From an uncultured Opitutia bacterium (GTDB lineage Bacteria; Verrucomicrobiota; Verrucomicrobiia; Opitutales; Opitutaceae), in assembly GCA_903940425.1 (NCBI GenBank), contig CAJAKX010000052.1, positions 1 to 62,077 of the forward strand: DNA of 62,077 bases, given 5' to 3'. The notes under the pieces were generated by a model. It was not told the origin of the DNA and made no database searches. It saw only the letters and a list, made by a program, of their open reading frames with translations. The number at the start of each line of letters is the position of its first letter. Position 1 is the stretch's first letter. The position numbers and the translations under genes are program-made. Below, piece after piece: positions 1 through 8,617 of the stretch.

Positions 1-1250
1 GCCGCTGGCGCGACCGTCTGCAGGAATACCGCCTGCAGAAACGGAACCGCCAGTTGCGCATCGAGACGATCGCCGTCGACGGCGAGGCCATCATCCGCTT
101 CCGCCAGCAGCATCTGGCTCCCGCCCCCCGCCTCCTCGCGCAAAGCTGGAAACCGGGACTGAATCTCGCGGGCTTCTTTCGTGCGGCGTTGGGCGTCGGC
201 GAGTCCGTGCGCTGCGCCGTGCGCGCCGCCGATGCCGCCGGCCTGCCGGTCGCCTTGATCGATCTGCGGCTCAACTGCCTCAACCCGGCGGCCGACGATA
301 CCTATGTCAGCCGGCTCCAGTCCGCCAATCCCCACCCGGTGAACGTGTTTCACCTCGACGCCCGGCAGTCGGAGGAAATCGATCATCATCACGGCCCGCA
401 TTTCCGGCACGGCAAATACAATGTCGCCTACTGGGCCTGGGAGCTGCCGGAATTCCCTGATGGCTGGGTGTACCAGCACCGCTTTTTCGACGAAATCTGG
501 TGCCCGTCCGAATTCACCCGCGCCGCCCTCGCCGCCAAGGTGCCCAAGCCGGTGCTGGCCATGCCGCATGCGATCGACTTCCCCGTTCCGCAGGGTGATT
601 TCCGTGCGAAGTTCGGACTGCCGGAGCGCACCTTCCTCTTCCTCTTCATCTACGACCTCAATTCCACCCAGGAGCGCAAGAATCCCCGGGCGGTGGTCGC
701 GGCTTTCCGGAAAGCCTTTCCGGGGGGCGGCCCGGTCGGACTGGTGATCAAGACCCACAACCCGGACCGGCAGGCCGCCGCCTTTGCCGAGTTCCAGGCG
801 GAATTGGCCGGACTGGCCAACGTCCACCTCATCTGCGATACGCTGCCGCGCACGGCGATCTGCGAGCTGCAGCAGACCTGCGACTGCTTTGTCTCGCTGC
901 ACCGGGCGGAGGGCTTCGGCCTCAACATCGCCGAGGCCATGTTCCTCGGCAAACCGGTCATCGCCACCGACTGGTCCGGCACGGCCGAGTTCGTCAACGC
1001 CGCCAACGGCTGCCCCGTCAACTACCAGCTGGTGACCCTCGACCGCGACCACGGTCCCTACCCGCGCGGGCAGACCTGGGCTGATGCCGACGTGGATCAT
1101 GCCGCTTATTGGATGCGTTGTCTGATCGAAGACCGCGTGATGCGCGAGCGTCTGGGCGCGCAGGCAGCCGCGGACATTCGTCGCCAATTTTCGCCAGAGG
1201 CGATCGGCCGCAGATACCGGCGGCGCCTGGATTCGTTTGCCCTCTGGTAG
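1..1250 (+). CDS. Glycosyltransferase, GT4-type (GT-B fold); 5' end probably lies upstream of the window
   Basis: ORF track gives 54..1250 (TTG). The same frame is open back to nt 3 and reads like protein (RWRDRLQEYRLQKRNRQL), so the gene is likely cut by the window edge. C-terminal EGFGLNIAEAMFLGKPVIATDWSGTAEFV is the classic GT4 E-x7-E region. Confidence 0.8.
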   Translation, partial: RWRDRLQEYRLQKRNRQLRIETIAVDGEAIIRFRQQHLAPAPRLLAQSWKPGLNLAGFFRAALGVGESVRCAVRAADAAGLPVALIDLRLNCLNPAADDTYVSRLQSANPHPVNVFHLDARQSEEIDHHHGPHFRHGKYNVAYWAWELPEFPDGWVYQHRFFDEIWCPSEFTRAALAAKVPKPVLAMPHAIDFPVPQGDFRAKFGLPERTFLFLFIYDLNSTQERKNPRAVVAAFRKAFPGGGPVGLVIKTHNPDRQAAAFAEFQAELAGLANVHLICDTLPRTAICELQQTCDCFVSLHRAEGFGLNIAEAMFLGKPVIATDWSGTAEFVNAANGCPVNYQLVTLDRDHGPYPRGQTWADADVDHAAYWMRCLIEDRVMRERLGAQAAADIRRQFSPEAIGRRYRRRLDSFALW

Positions 1251-1302
1251 CCGGCCGTTCCGAACCCCGGCCTCCGGACAGCCGCCACTCAAGAGGCGGC
1301 GG

Positions 1303-2427
1303 TCAGCCCTGCCCGGCGTTCCAGCTCAAAATGTGCTGGCAGATGCTGTCGACGTCGGCGTTGTCGAGTCCCGGGTGGATCGGCAGGCAGAGCAGTTCGC
1401 GGCAGGCCTGCTCCGTGACGGGCAGTTGAAGACTGTCATCACGATACGCCGGCTGCCGGTGGATGGGCACCGGATAAAGCACCGCGGTCTGCACCCCCGC
1501 GCCTTCGAGCTGCATTCGCAATGATTCCCGCGCCGCCGTGCGCACGACAAACTGATGCCAGACGGGTTGGCAGCCGGGCGCCGTCTCCGGCAGGATCAGC
1601 CGCGTGCCGGCAAGGCGCCGGAGATACTGCCCCGCCAGCGCCTGCCGCCGCTGATTGCCGGCGTCGAGCTGGGCCAGCTTCACCCGGAGGATCGCCGCCT
1701 GCAGCTCGTCGAGACGGCTGTTCTTGCCGGGCAATTCGCTCACGTAGCGCTGCCGCCACCCATACTGGCGCAACAGGCGGACCTGCTCCGCCAGCCGCGC
1801 CTCGTTGGTGGTGACCGCGCCGCCATCGCCGATGGCGCCGAGATTCTTCGTCGGATAAAAACTGAAGGCGGCCGCATCGCCCCAGGTTCCCACCCGCCGG
1901 CCTTGAATGCTCGCGCCATGGGCTTGGGCGCAGTCCTCAATCACCGCGAGGTCGTGCCGGTGGGCGATCTCCATGATCCTGGGCAGATCCGCCGGATGCC
2001 CGTAGAGATGCACTGGCACCACCGCCTTGAGCCGGGGATCGCGCGATCCGGCCAGCCGCTGCTCCAGCGCGCCCGGGTCCATGGTCATGGTGCGCGGGTC
2101 GATCTCGACCAACACCACCTTGGCCCCTGCGAGTTCGATGGCCGCGGCCGTCGCCGTCGCGGTGTTGGCCACCGTGATCACGCGGTCGCCGGATTTGATG
2201 CCGGCCGCCCGCAGCGCCAGTTCAAGCGCATCCGTGCCGTTGGCGACGGTCACGGCATGGGCCGCGCCCAGATAGGCTGCGAACTCCCGCTCGAACGCCT
2301 CGACCTCCGGTCCAAGGATGTAGTGGCCGCTCTCCAGCACCCGCCGGATGGCGGCCTGGATCTCGCCGGCCGCAGCCTGATAGGCCGCCCGCGGATCGGC
2401 GGTCTGCAAGGGATGGGGAAGCGTCAT
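1303..2427 (-). CDS. DegT/DnrJ/EryC1/StrS-family PLP-dependent sugar aminotransferase (ArnB/WecE-like)
   Basis: 374-aa ORF with family hallmarks ([39 protein letters not shown]). Its ATG overlaps the stop of the upstream SDR gene (ATGA), which suggests translational coupling. Confidence 0.9.
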   Translation of the reverse strand: MTLPHPLQTADPRAAYQAAAGEIQAAIRRVLESGHYILGPEVEAFEREFAAYLGAAHAVTVANGTDALELALRAAGIKSGDRVITVANTATATAAAIELAGAKVVLVEIDPRTMTMDPGALEQRLAGSRDPRLKAVVPVHLYGHPADLPRIMEIAHRHDLAVIEDCAQAHGASIQGRRVGTWGDAAAFSFYPTKNLGAIGDGGAVTTNEARLAEQVRLLRQYGWRQRYVSELPGKNSRLDELQAAILRVKLAQLDAGNQRRQALAGQYLRRLAGTRLILPETAPGCQPVWHQFVVRTAARESLRMQLEGAGVQTAVLYPVPIHRQPAYRDDSLQLPVTEQACRELLCLPIHPGLDNADVDSICQHILSWNAGQG

Positions 2428-3419
2428 ACGTAATGCCGGAGTTCGCGGCGGTAGTAGGCCAGCGTGCGCGCCAGCGCGGTGCGCAGCCGGGTGCGCGGCC
2501 GCCAGCCGAGGGTGCGTTCAATCAAACCGTAGTCGGCGTAGAAGTCGCCGATGTCGATCTTGCGGCGGTCCGGCGGATAGGTGCGGGTCACGTAACGCCC
2601 GCCGCCATTGACCTCGATCAGCAGGTCGGCGAGACCGCGCAGGCTGATCCGCTCCCGGCCGCCCAGATTAAAAACCCGGCCGGCCGCCGCCGGCGATGCC
2701 GCGGCGAGCAGCAAGGCGTCGACTGCGTCATCGATATACGTGAAGTCGCGGATCTGCCCCCCGCCCCAGACCTCGAACGGACATCCCTCCACCAGGCAGC
2801 GGAGCCAGACTCCCAGAAAAGTCTGGCGCGCATCCTTCACGCGCATGCCCGGACCGATCGTGTTGGTCAGCCGCAGCACGCAACTGCGGATGCCGTGCAC
2901 CTCGTGGTAGAGAAGATGATAGGATTCGCCGGCCAGCTTGTTGATGCCATTTACGTCCACGGGCCGCGTCGGGTGCTTTTCATCAACCGGCAGGTAGTCG
3001 GGCCGTCCGTAAATCTGGCGCGTGCTGGCAAAAACCACCCGGATCCGGGGATTATGCCGCCGGCAGGCTTCCAAGATCGACAATTGCGCCTTGGCATTGA
3101 TCTCCAGATCCGTCTGCGGATCGGTCATCGAGTCCATGTGACTCGTCTGGCCGGCAAGATTGAAAAGAAAGTGCTGCCCTTGGACGAGGCCCGGCAGGCC
3201 GTCTGCCTGGCGCATGTCGGTGATGTTCAGGCTCACTTTCCGCTCGATGCCGGCCAGGTTGCGCAGATTGCCGCCGTATTCGGGGATCATGCTGTCCACC
3301 AGGGTCACCGTTGCCCCGAGCCGCACCAGGCGCCGCGCCAGATTCGAACCGATGAAGCCGGCTCCTCCGGTGATGAGTACGCGTCGGGCGGCGAAGACTT
3401 TCGCAAACGACACTGCCAT
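2424..3419 (-). CDS. Extended SDR, NAD-dependent nucleotide-sugar epimerase/dehydratase family (UDP-glucuronate decarboxylase-like)
   Basis: ORF 2424..3647 trimmed to ATG 3419 ([27 protein letters not shown]), which places the Rossmann GxxGxxG right after the start. The region where YxxxK is expected reads [13 protein letters not shown] (Asn in the Tyr position; see findings). Confidence 0.85.
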   Translation of the reverse strand: MAVSFAKVFAARRVLITGGAGFIGSNLARRLVRLGATVTLVDSMIPEYGGNLRNLAGIERKVSLNITDMRQADGLPGLVQGQHFLFNLAGQTSHMDSMTDPQTDLEINAKAQLSILEACRRHNPRIRVVFASTRQIYGRPDYLPVDEKHPTRPVDVNGINKLAGESYHLLYHEVHGIRSCVLRLTNTIGPGMRVKDARQTFLGVWLRCLVEGCPFEVWGGGQIRDFTYIDDAVDALLLAAASPAAAGRVFNLGGRERISLRGLADLLIEVNGGGRYVTRTYPPDRRKIDIGDFYADYGLIERTLGWRPRTRLRTALARTLAYYRRELRHYV

Positions 3420-3515
3420 GCTGGAAAAATGCTGCGCCGGGCCCCGTCGGAATGCCATCCAGAAAAATTGTCCGCTCCGCCGGCGGCGGCGTCGGCAAGG
3501 CTTGAGGTGTGGGGC

Positions 3516-4511
3516 ATGACGTGTGAGGGTTGGTTTCAGCGTGTGAGTAATCCCTCTTTCCCTCACCGGACTTCGTCCCTGGCACCGCCGCGCGTGAGCG
3601 TGATCGTAGCCCTGTACAATCGCCTCGACCTCACGCAGGAGTTTCACGCGTCACTTCCGCGCACCCTGCCGGCGGATCTGGCCTGGGAGCTGATCTATGT
3701 CGATGACGGCAGCACTGACGGCACGCGGGCCTGGCTGGGTACGCTGCCGCCACCGGCCCGAGTGATTCTGAACGAAAGCAACCTGGGCTACGCCGCGAGC
3801 AACAACTGCGGGGCGCGCGCCGCCGCGGGGGAGTTTCTCGTCCTGCTCAATAACGATCTTGTCCTGACCCGCGGATGGCTTGAGCCGATGCTGGCCGCCT
3901 TCGGACGTTTTCCCCGGGCCGGCCTGGTCGGCAACCTCCAGCGCGACGCCGGCACCGGTGTCCTCGACCATGCGGGCGTCTTCATCAACAGCAAAGGCAA
4001 GCCCGAGCACGACCGGACCCTGCCCTGCCTGCACCGCCTGCGCGCCTACCGGGAGGTCGCCGCCCTCACGGGCGCCTGTCTGGTGGTACCGCGACAGACC
4101 TACCTCGATCTCGGGGGTTTCGACGAACGCTACGTCAACGGATGTGAAGACATTGACCTCGGTCTGCGGGCACGCCGGGCCGGCCTTCGCCACTACGTCG
4201 CCCTGCGCAGCGTCATCGGCCATCACATCAGCGCCTCGCGGGGGCGCCAGCTCCGCGATGAGGAGAACTGCTTCCGGCTGACGCGGGTCTGGCGGGACAC
4301 GCTGGCCTCGCTCGCCGCGCGGGCGTGGTGCCGCGATTTCATCACCAATCCCTTCGGCCGGTCGTTCGTCGTCGATTATCAGCTGGCCCGTGCGGCCCTG
4401 GGGTATCACCTGCGCCTGCGCCGCCGCATCCCGCCGGTGGTTCATGCCGCGGTGCATGGCGCCATTGAGCGCGAACTCGCCCGCTGGCGGGAAATGTTCG
4501 GCAACGCCTAG
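3516..4511 (+). CDS. Glycosyltransferase family 2
   Basis: C-terminal two thirds of ORF 2433..4511. Start trimmed to ATG 3516, because upstream of it the frame is antisense to the SDR gene. VSVIVALYNRLDLTQEF...YVDDGSTDGT...LNNDLV are GT2 (GT-A, DxD) motifs. Confidence 0.8.
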   Translation: MTCEGWFQRVSNPSFPHRTSSLAPPRVSVIVALYNRLDLTQEFHASLPRTLPADLAWELIYVDDGSTDGTRAWLGTLPPPARVILNESNLGYAASNNCGARAAAGEFLVLLNNDLVLTRGWLEPMLAAFGRFPRAGLVGNLQRDAGTGVLDHAGVFINSKGKPEHDRTLPCLHRLRAYREVAALTGACLVVPRQTYLDLGGFDERYVNGCEDIDLGLRARRAGLRHYVALRSVIGHHISASRGRQLRDEENCFRLTRVWRDTLASLAARAWCRDFITNPFGRSFVVDYQLARAALGYHLRLRRRIPPVVHAAVHGAIERELARWREMFGNA

Positions 4512-4639
4512 CTCCGATTCATCACTTGCTGACCAGACGAGGTCGTTTTCCAACCATTTTCTCCGGACGTAATGTCAACTATTAGTTGACATCGCCCTCG
4601 AGACCGCCGCGGAGAACCGCCGGGAGTGAGGGATGCGGG

Positions 4640-5590
4640 CTAGCCGGCCGGTCCGCTCCGCACCACTTCGCGCACGACCGACTGGGGCCGGCGGTTGACG
4701 GTCAGGAACATCCGGCCGATGTATTCGCCCAGGAGGCCGAGGATGACAAGCTGGGTGCCGGAAAAAATGAGCAGCGCCGCCATGAGCGATCCCCAGCCGA
4801 AGGCGGGCCCCCGGTTGGTGAACCGCCAGTAAACGACGACGCCCAGTCCCGCCAGCCCGAGGACGGCCATGACGAAACCGAGGACCGTCGCCAGCCGCAG
4901 CGGCATCACCGAGAAATTAACAAAGGTGCTCAGCCACAGGCGCAACAATCTGCGCAGCGTGTAGCCGCTTTGTCCGGCCTGCCTCGCCGCATGGCGCACC
5001 TCCAGCGAACCGATGTTCTGCGTGACTTGCAGGATGAGTCCGTCGATGTAGGGGAACGGTCCGGTGTGTTCGGCGACGGCCCGCGCCACCAGCGCGCTCA
5101 CGCAGCGGAAGCTCGACAGGTAGAAACCCCGGGGCTTGTCGAGCATCCAGTCGGCCAGGCGATTCGTGAACCAGCTGCCGAGGTTGCGCCAGAACGAATG
5201 CTCTTTCCGGGTGTAGTGGCCGAACACCACGTCGAGATCGCGGCTTCGCGCATGCTCCCACAGGCGCACGGCCTCCACGGGCGGATTCTGTCCGTCGTCG
5301 TCCAGGTTCACCACATAGGCGCCGTGCGCGTGCCGATAGCCCGAAAGCACCGCGTTGTGCTCGCCATAGTTGCGCGCATGGTTGACGAGGATCATGGGCG
5401 CACCGGCCTCGCGCAACAGCTCACGGCAGGCCATCCACGTGCCATCGGTGCTGCCGTCGTTGACGAGCACGATCTCATGTCCGCCCTCGATGCGCAGGGC
5501 CTCAATCTCCTTGACCAACGGCTTGATGGTTCCGGCGCTGTTATAAAGCGGAATGACAAAGCTAAGCGCGGGCTGGCCGGCGGCGGGCAT
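4640..5590 (-). CDS. Glycosyltransferase family 2, polyprenyl-phosphate sugar transferase type (ArnC/GtrB/DPM1-like) with C-terminal TM helices
   Basis: LSFVIPLYNSAGTI...VNDGSTDGT...NLDDDGQNPP, followed by two hydrophobic C-terminal helices (VMPLRLATVLGFVMAVLGLAGLGVVV; LMAALLIFSGTQLVILGLLGEYIGR). This is the typical ArnC/GtrB architecture. Confidence 0.85.
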   Translation of the reverse strand: MPAAGQPALSFVIPLYNSAGTIKPLVKEIEALRIEGGHEIVLVNDGSTDGTWMACRELLREAGAPMILVNHARNYGEHNAVLSGYRHAHGAYVVNLDDDGQNPPVEAVRLWEHARSRDLDVVFGHYTRKEHSFWRNLGSWFTNRLADWMLDKPRGFYLSSFRCVSALVARAVAEHTGPFPYIDGLILQVTQNIGSLEVRHAARQAGQSGYTLRRLLRLWLSTFVNFSVMPLRLATVLGFVMAVLGLAGLGVVVYWRFTNRGPAFGWGSLMAALLIFSGTQLVILGLLGEYIGRMFLTVNRRPQSVVREVVRSGPAG

Positions 5591-5670
5591 GGGGTTGAAC
5601 GGGGATGGAAAGCAAAGCGCGTGATCACCGTCCGTGTCAACGGTGGCGCAGGCCAGCCTGCACCCGCCCG

Positions 5671-7686
5671 TCAGGCAGATGGAGGCGCACCGTCTTCAGG
5701 GGCGGGCGCGGAATCCGTCTCGGGCGTCGGGGCACTACCGGCTTCGGCCGGATCCGGGATGGGTGCATCGCTGCCGGGCGGCAGCCCGGGAGCATTCGCC
5801 GTGTCGGCTGCGGGGGCGGCCGCGTCGGCGGGATCCGCGGGTGATTCCGGCTCGGCGGCCGCGGGGGGCGGCGGCGCTGCCGCATCGTCGGGCGTTTGGG
5901 TGGGGGCCGCGGCTTCCGGGAAATTTTCCAGGTCGTGCTCCTCGCCCTCCGCCGCCTCGGCGGTCCTGGCGCGCGCCTCGGCCATGGGGGGCGGCGCAAA
6001 CAGACGGCCGTCGGCAAACTCGGTCACGTACCCCTCCTGCACGAGCCAGCGCAGATCCATCGTCAGACGCCTGAACTTTTCCTGCTGCTCGGGCGTGAGC
6101 GGCGACTCCACCGGCACGGCTGCGGGAATGGGTTCGCCCGCCGCAGGCGCGGGCGCGGTCGGTTCTACGGGCGCGGCCGGTTCCGCGGGCGCCGGCACTG
6201 GCAGCGGCGGAGTCGACGGGATGGACAGCGGCGGGGTTGACGGAACGGACGGCGGGGTGATGCCGAGGAATTTCACCGGCAGTTCCTTCACCGTGATCAT
6301 CGGGTTGGCTTCGAGGAACGCGATGAGCGTGCCGATGCTCTCGGCAAAGACCTGGCCCGGCACGCGGAACTTGCGTTTGACCGCACACACGTAGGAAATG
6401 CCCTTGGCTCCCTTCTTGAAAATCGTGAATCCCTCCCGCCGCAGCCGCCCGCGCAGGGCGTTGGCCGTGTCGAGCGGGAAACGTCGCTGGCGTTCGAACT
6501 GGCCTTCGATGGCGCGGCGGATTTCGCCCGGCGGCAGCGATTCGACGAGCTTGGCATGGAAGCGCGCCGATTCGACCGTCTTCACCATCCGGTCCCTGGC
6601 CGTCGCCAGCAGGTGGGCGCGCGCGTCCTCCAGACTGTCGAACACCACCGGCGGTTCCCCCTCGGCGCCGAGTTTCCAGGTGTAGCGCGCGGCCTTCTTC
6701 ATCTTTTCGAGCCACTGATTGACGACCTCGGGATCGCGCACGGTCTCGATGCGCTCGCGGAAGTTCTCGAACGGCATGCGCGGGAAGCGCGCCGCATGAT
6801 GCTGCTGCACGATCTGCTGGTAGCGGTGATAGTTGGGCGGGCCGAGCAGCTCACCCGAGAGCGTGCAGCGGTTGACGAACGGGAAGCTGCCCTTCGGCGG
6901 CTCCACCTCGACGATCGCCAGCTCAAAGAACTTATCGAGATGCCTGCCCACCACATGGGCGACGGCCGCCTCCTCGCTCTCGAACGGCATGCCATCCGGA
7001 ATCGCCACATGGACCGGGCCGGCGGACCGGGCCGGCGCCGGCGCGGTGGAGGGTGCGGCAACTGGCGCGTCGACCGTCGCCGTCGTCTCCGGCGGCTTGC
7101 GCGTGATCACCACGACGAAGCGCTCGTATTTGCCGAGGATCAGGCGCGCGATCTCGAACAATTCGAAGGTCCGGCACGAAGCCCGCATGGCTTTCACCAG
7201 CGCCGAGAACCCGGCGTCCTCCGGATAGAAGGCGATGTTGAAATAAAGGCTTTGGTAGGGGCGGTAATCCTGCGGCGGGCGCGAACCGGACCACTGGCGT
7301 TCGCCACCGCCTTCACGCCCGGGCGGACGTCCCCCGCGGAACCCCTCCCCCTGGCGTGGCTCACCGGCCGGCCGGCCGGGACCGCCGCGTTCGAAACCCG
7401 GGCGGCCCTCGGTTCTCGCTGGAGCCGCGTCGGCGGATGTCCCGCCCGGCTTGCGGAACCCGCGCCGGTCCCGACGCGCATCGCCGCCGTCGGCACTGCG
7501 CGGTCTTCCGTCGCCACGATCAGGACCCTCGCGGCGTGGGCCGCGTTCACGCTCCCCTTCCCGCCGCGGTCCGGGAACCGGTTTGATCTCGGTCCATTGC
7601 GTCCCGAAGCGGAAGTCCTGAAGTTGGCTGAGATCGATTTTGTTGAGACCCTGGTCGGGAGTCTCCTTGGCAGGCGGTTCTTCCAT
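5671..7686 (-). CDS. Hypothetical protein (672 aa): RG/RGG-rich N-terminal region, globular core, Pro/Ala/Glu-rich acidic C-terminal tail
   Basis: ORF 5671..8109 trimmed to ATG 7686 (MEEPPAKETPDQG), because the upstream extension runs through the tRNA-Leu gene. The core (approx. LYFNIAFYPEDAGF ... AVKRKFRVPGQVFAESIGTLIAFL) has ordinary globular composition. I recognise no family. Confidence 0.7.
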   Translation of the reverse strand: MEEPPAKETPDQGLNKIDLSQLQDFRFGTQWTEIKPVPGPRREGERERGPRREGPDRGDGRPRSADGGDARRDRRGFRKPGGTSADAAPARTEGRPGFERGGPGRPAGEPRQGEGFRGGRPPGREGGGERQWSGSRPPQDYRPYQSLYFNIAFYPEDAGFSALVKAMRASCRTFELFEIARLILGKYERFVVVITRKPPETTATVDAPVAAPSTAPAPARSAGPVHVAIPDGMPFESEEAAVAHVVGRHLDKFFELAIVEVEPPKGSFPFVNRCTLSGELLGPPNYHRYQQIVQQHHAARFPRMPFENFRERIETVRDPEVVNQWLEKMKKAARYTWKLGAEGEPPVVFDSLEDARAHLLATARDRMVKTVESARFHAKLVESLPPGEIRRAIEGQFERQRRFPLDTANALRGRLRREGFTIFKKGAKGISYVCAVKRKFRVPGQVFAESIGTLIAFLEANPMITVKELPVKFLGITPPSVPSTPPLSIPSTPPLPVPAPAEPAAPVEPTAPAPAAGEPIPAAVPVESPLTPEQQEKFRRLTMDLRWLVQEGYVTEFADGRLFAPPPMAEARARTAEAAEGEEHDLENFPEAAAPTQTPDDAAAPPPPAAAEPESPADPADAAAPAADTANAPGLPPGSDAPIPDPAEAGSAPTPETDSAPAPEDGAPPSA

Positions 7687-7851
7687 GAGTAAGTCGGCAC
7701 AGCGGGCGCGAGCCCGCGAAAAAGCGTATCGGCAAGAGAGAGAGTCGCTGCGGGCCGCAGGCGCCTGGAGCGGCAAGCGGGTGAGTTTTGCCACCCGCCG
7801 GGACGTGGCAAGCGATTTCCCGGCGTACGGATTCCCTGCCCAATTCAGGGC

Positions 7852-7879
7852 TTTACATTCGCCGCCATGCTCGTACTTA
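7852..7879 (+). promoter_or_regulatory. Candidate sigma70-type promoter for tRNA-Leu
   Basis: TTTACA (7852-7857), 16-nt spacer, TACTTA (7874-7879). The -10 element ends 23 nt before the tRNA 5' end. Confidence 0.35.
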
Positions 7880-7902
7880 TCCGTCCTCCTCACGCTCGGA
7901 AC

Positions 7903-7987
7903 GCTCAGGTGGTGGAACTGGTAGACACACACGTTTGAGGGGCGTGTGCCGAAAGGCGTGCGGGTTCGACTCCCGCCCTGAGCACCA
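7903..7987 (+). tRNA. tRNA-Leu (anticodon GAG), class II, CCA encoded
   Basis: Acceptor GCTCAGG/CCTGAGC. D-arm GGTGGAACTGGTAGACAC is typical of tRNA-Leu. Anticodon stem CACGT/GCGTG with loop TTGAGGG (GAG, G37). Long variable arm GCCGAAAGGCG. T-arm GCGGG-TTCGACT-CCCGC. Discriminator A plus CCA. Confidence 0.93.
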
Positions 7988-8103
7988 GCCTTCGCCAAGC
8001 CTACGGCTGGCAGGCCAACCTCCAGCCGACTGAGGTCGCGGCAACCAAGATTGTCCTCGGTAGAACAAAGGCGAAGGCTGCGCGCCGTAGGCTTGGCGAA
8101 GGC
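7988..8103. repeat. Perfect 20-bp inverted repeat (GCCTTCGCCAAGCCTACGGC / GCCGTAGGCTTGGCGAAGGC) enclosing 76 nt
   Basis: Left arm 7988-8007 starts at the first nucleotide after the tRNA CCA. Right arm 8084-8103 ends 14 nt before the GIY-YIG ORF. GGCGAAGGC occurs again at 8070-8078. No T-tract follows, so it is not a classical terminator. Confidence 0.85.
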
Positions 8104-8117
8104 GGGCATTTCACCCA

Positions 8118-8375
8118 GTGTGGATGTCCCCTATGCACTACGTTTACCTCATTGAAAGCGTCCACGACCGTGCGCAACACTATGTCGGCCAGACCGACGA
8201 CATGCGGGCCCGCCTCCACGTCCACAATTCGGGCGGGTCAATTCATACCCGGCGATTCAAACCGTGGAATCTTGTCTGCTATTTGGGATTCGCCGATGAA
8301 AACCGAGCCGTAGCGTTTGAGCGCTACCTAAAGACGGGCTCGGGAAAAATCTTTCTGAGGCGCCATTTCCTCTGA
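8118..8375 (+). CDS. Small GIY-YIG nuclease-family protein (UPF0213/YhbQ-like)
   Basis: HYVYLIESVHDRAQHYVGQTDDMRARLHVHNSG...RRFKPWNLVCYLGFADENRAVAFERYLKTGSG matches the GIY-(10-11)-YVG, Arg and Glu/Asn core of stand-alone GIY-YIG proteins. The true start may be ATG 8124 or 8133. Confidence 0.85.
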   Translation: MWMSPMHYVYLIESVHDRAQHYVGQTDDMRARLHVHNSGGSIHTRRFKPWNLVCYLGFADENRAVAFERYLKTGSGKIFLRRHFL

Positions 8376-8617
8376 TCGGTTCGCTCCCCTTCCCCCGCTC
8401 CCCAGAGCGGGGAACCCTCCCGCTCGCCGTTAGGCGGGGCGGACTGCTCCGCTGTCTTCGTCGCCCTGTCCCGGCTCGCTCCGCCATCTCATAATGAATT
8501 TCCTATTACCTGTTCTTCGACGATCGGTCGGTCCTTTTTTTAAACAAGCTATGCACTTGACACAAATCCATCAAGAAGCCGAATTCCCCTATAAATTGAG
8601 CTTACGTGCGATGGTCA

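Noticed and set aside
7687-8109. N-terminal 141 codons of ORF 5671..8109.
   Set aside because: The extension runs antisense through the tRNA-Leu gene and the 20-bp inverted repeat. ATG 7686 gives a sensible start, so the extension is treated as non-coding.
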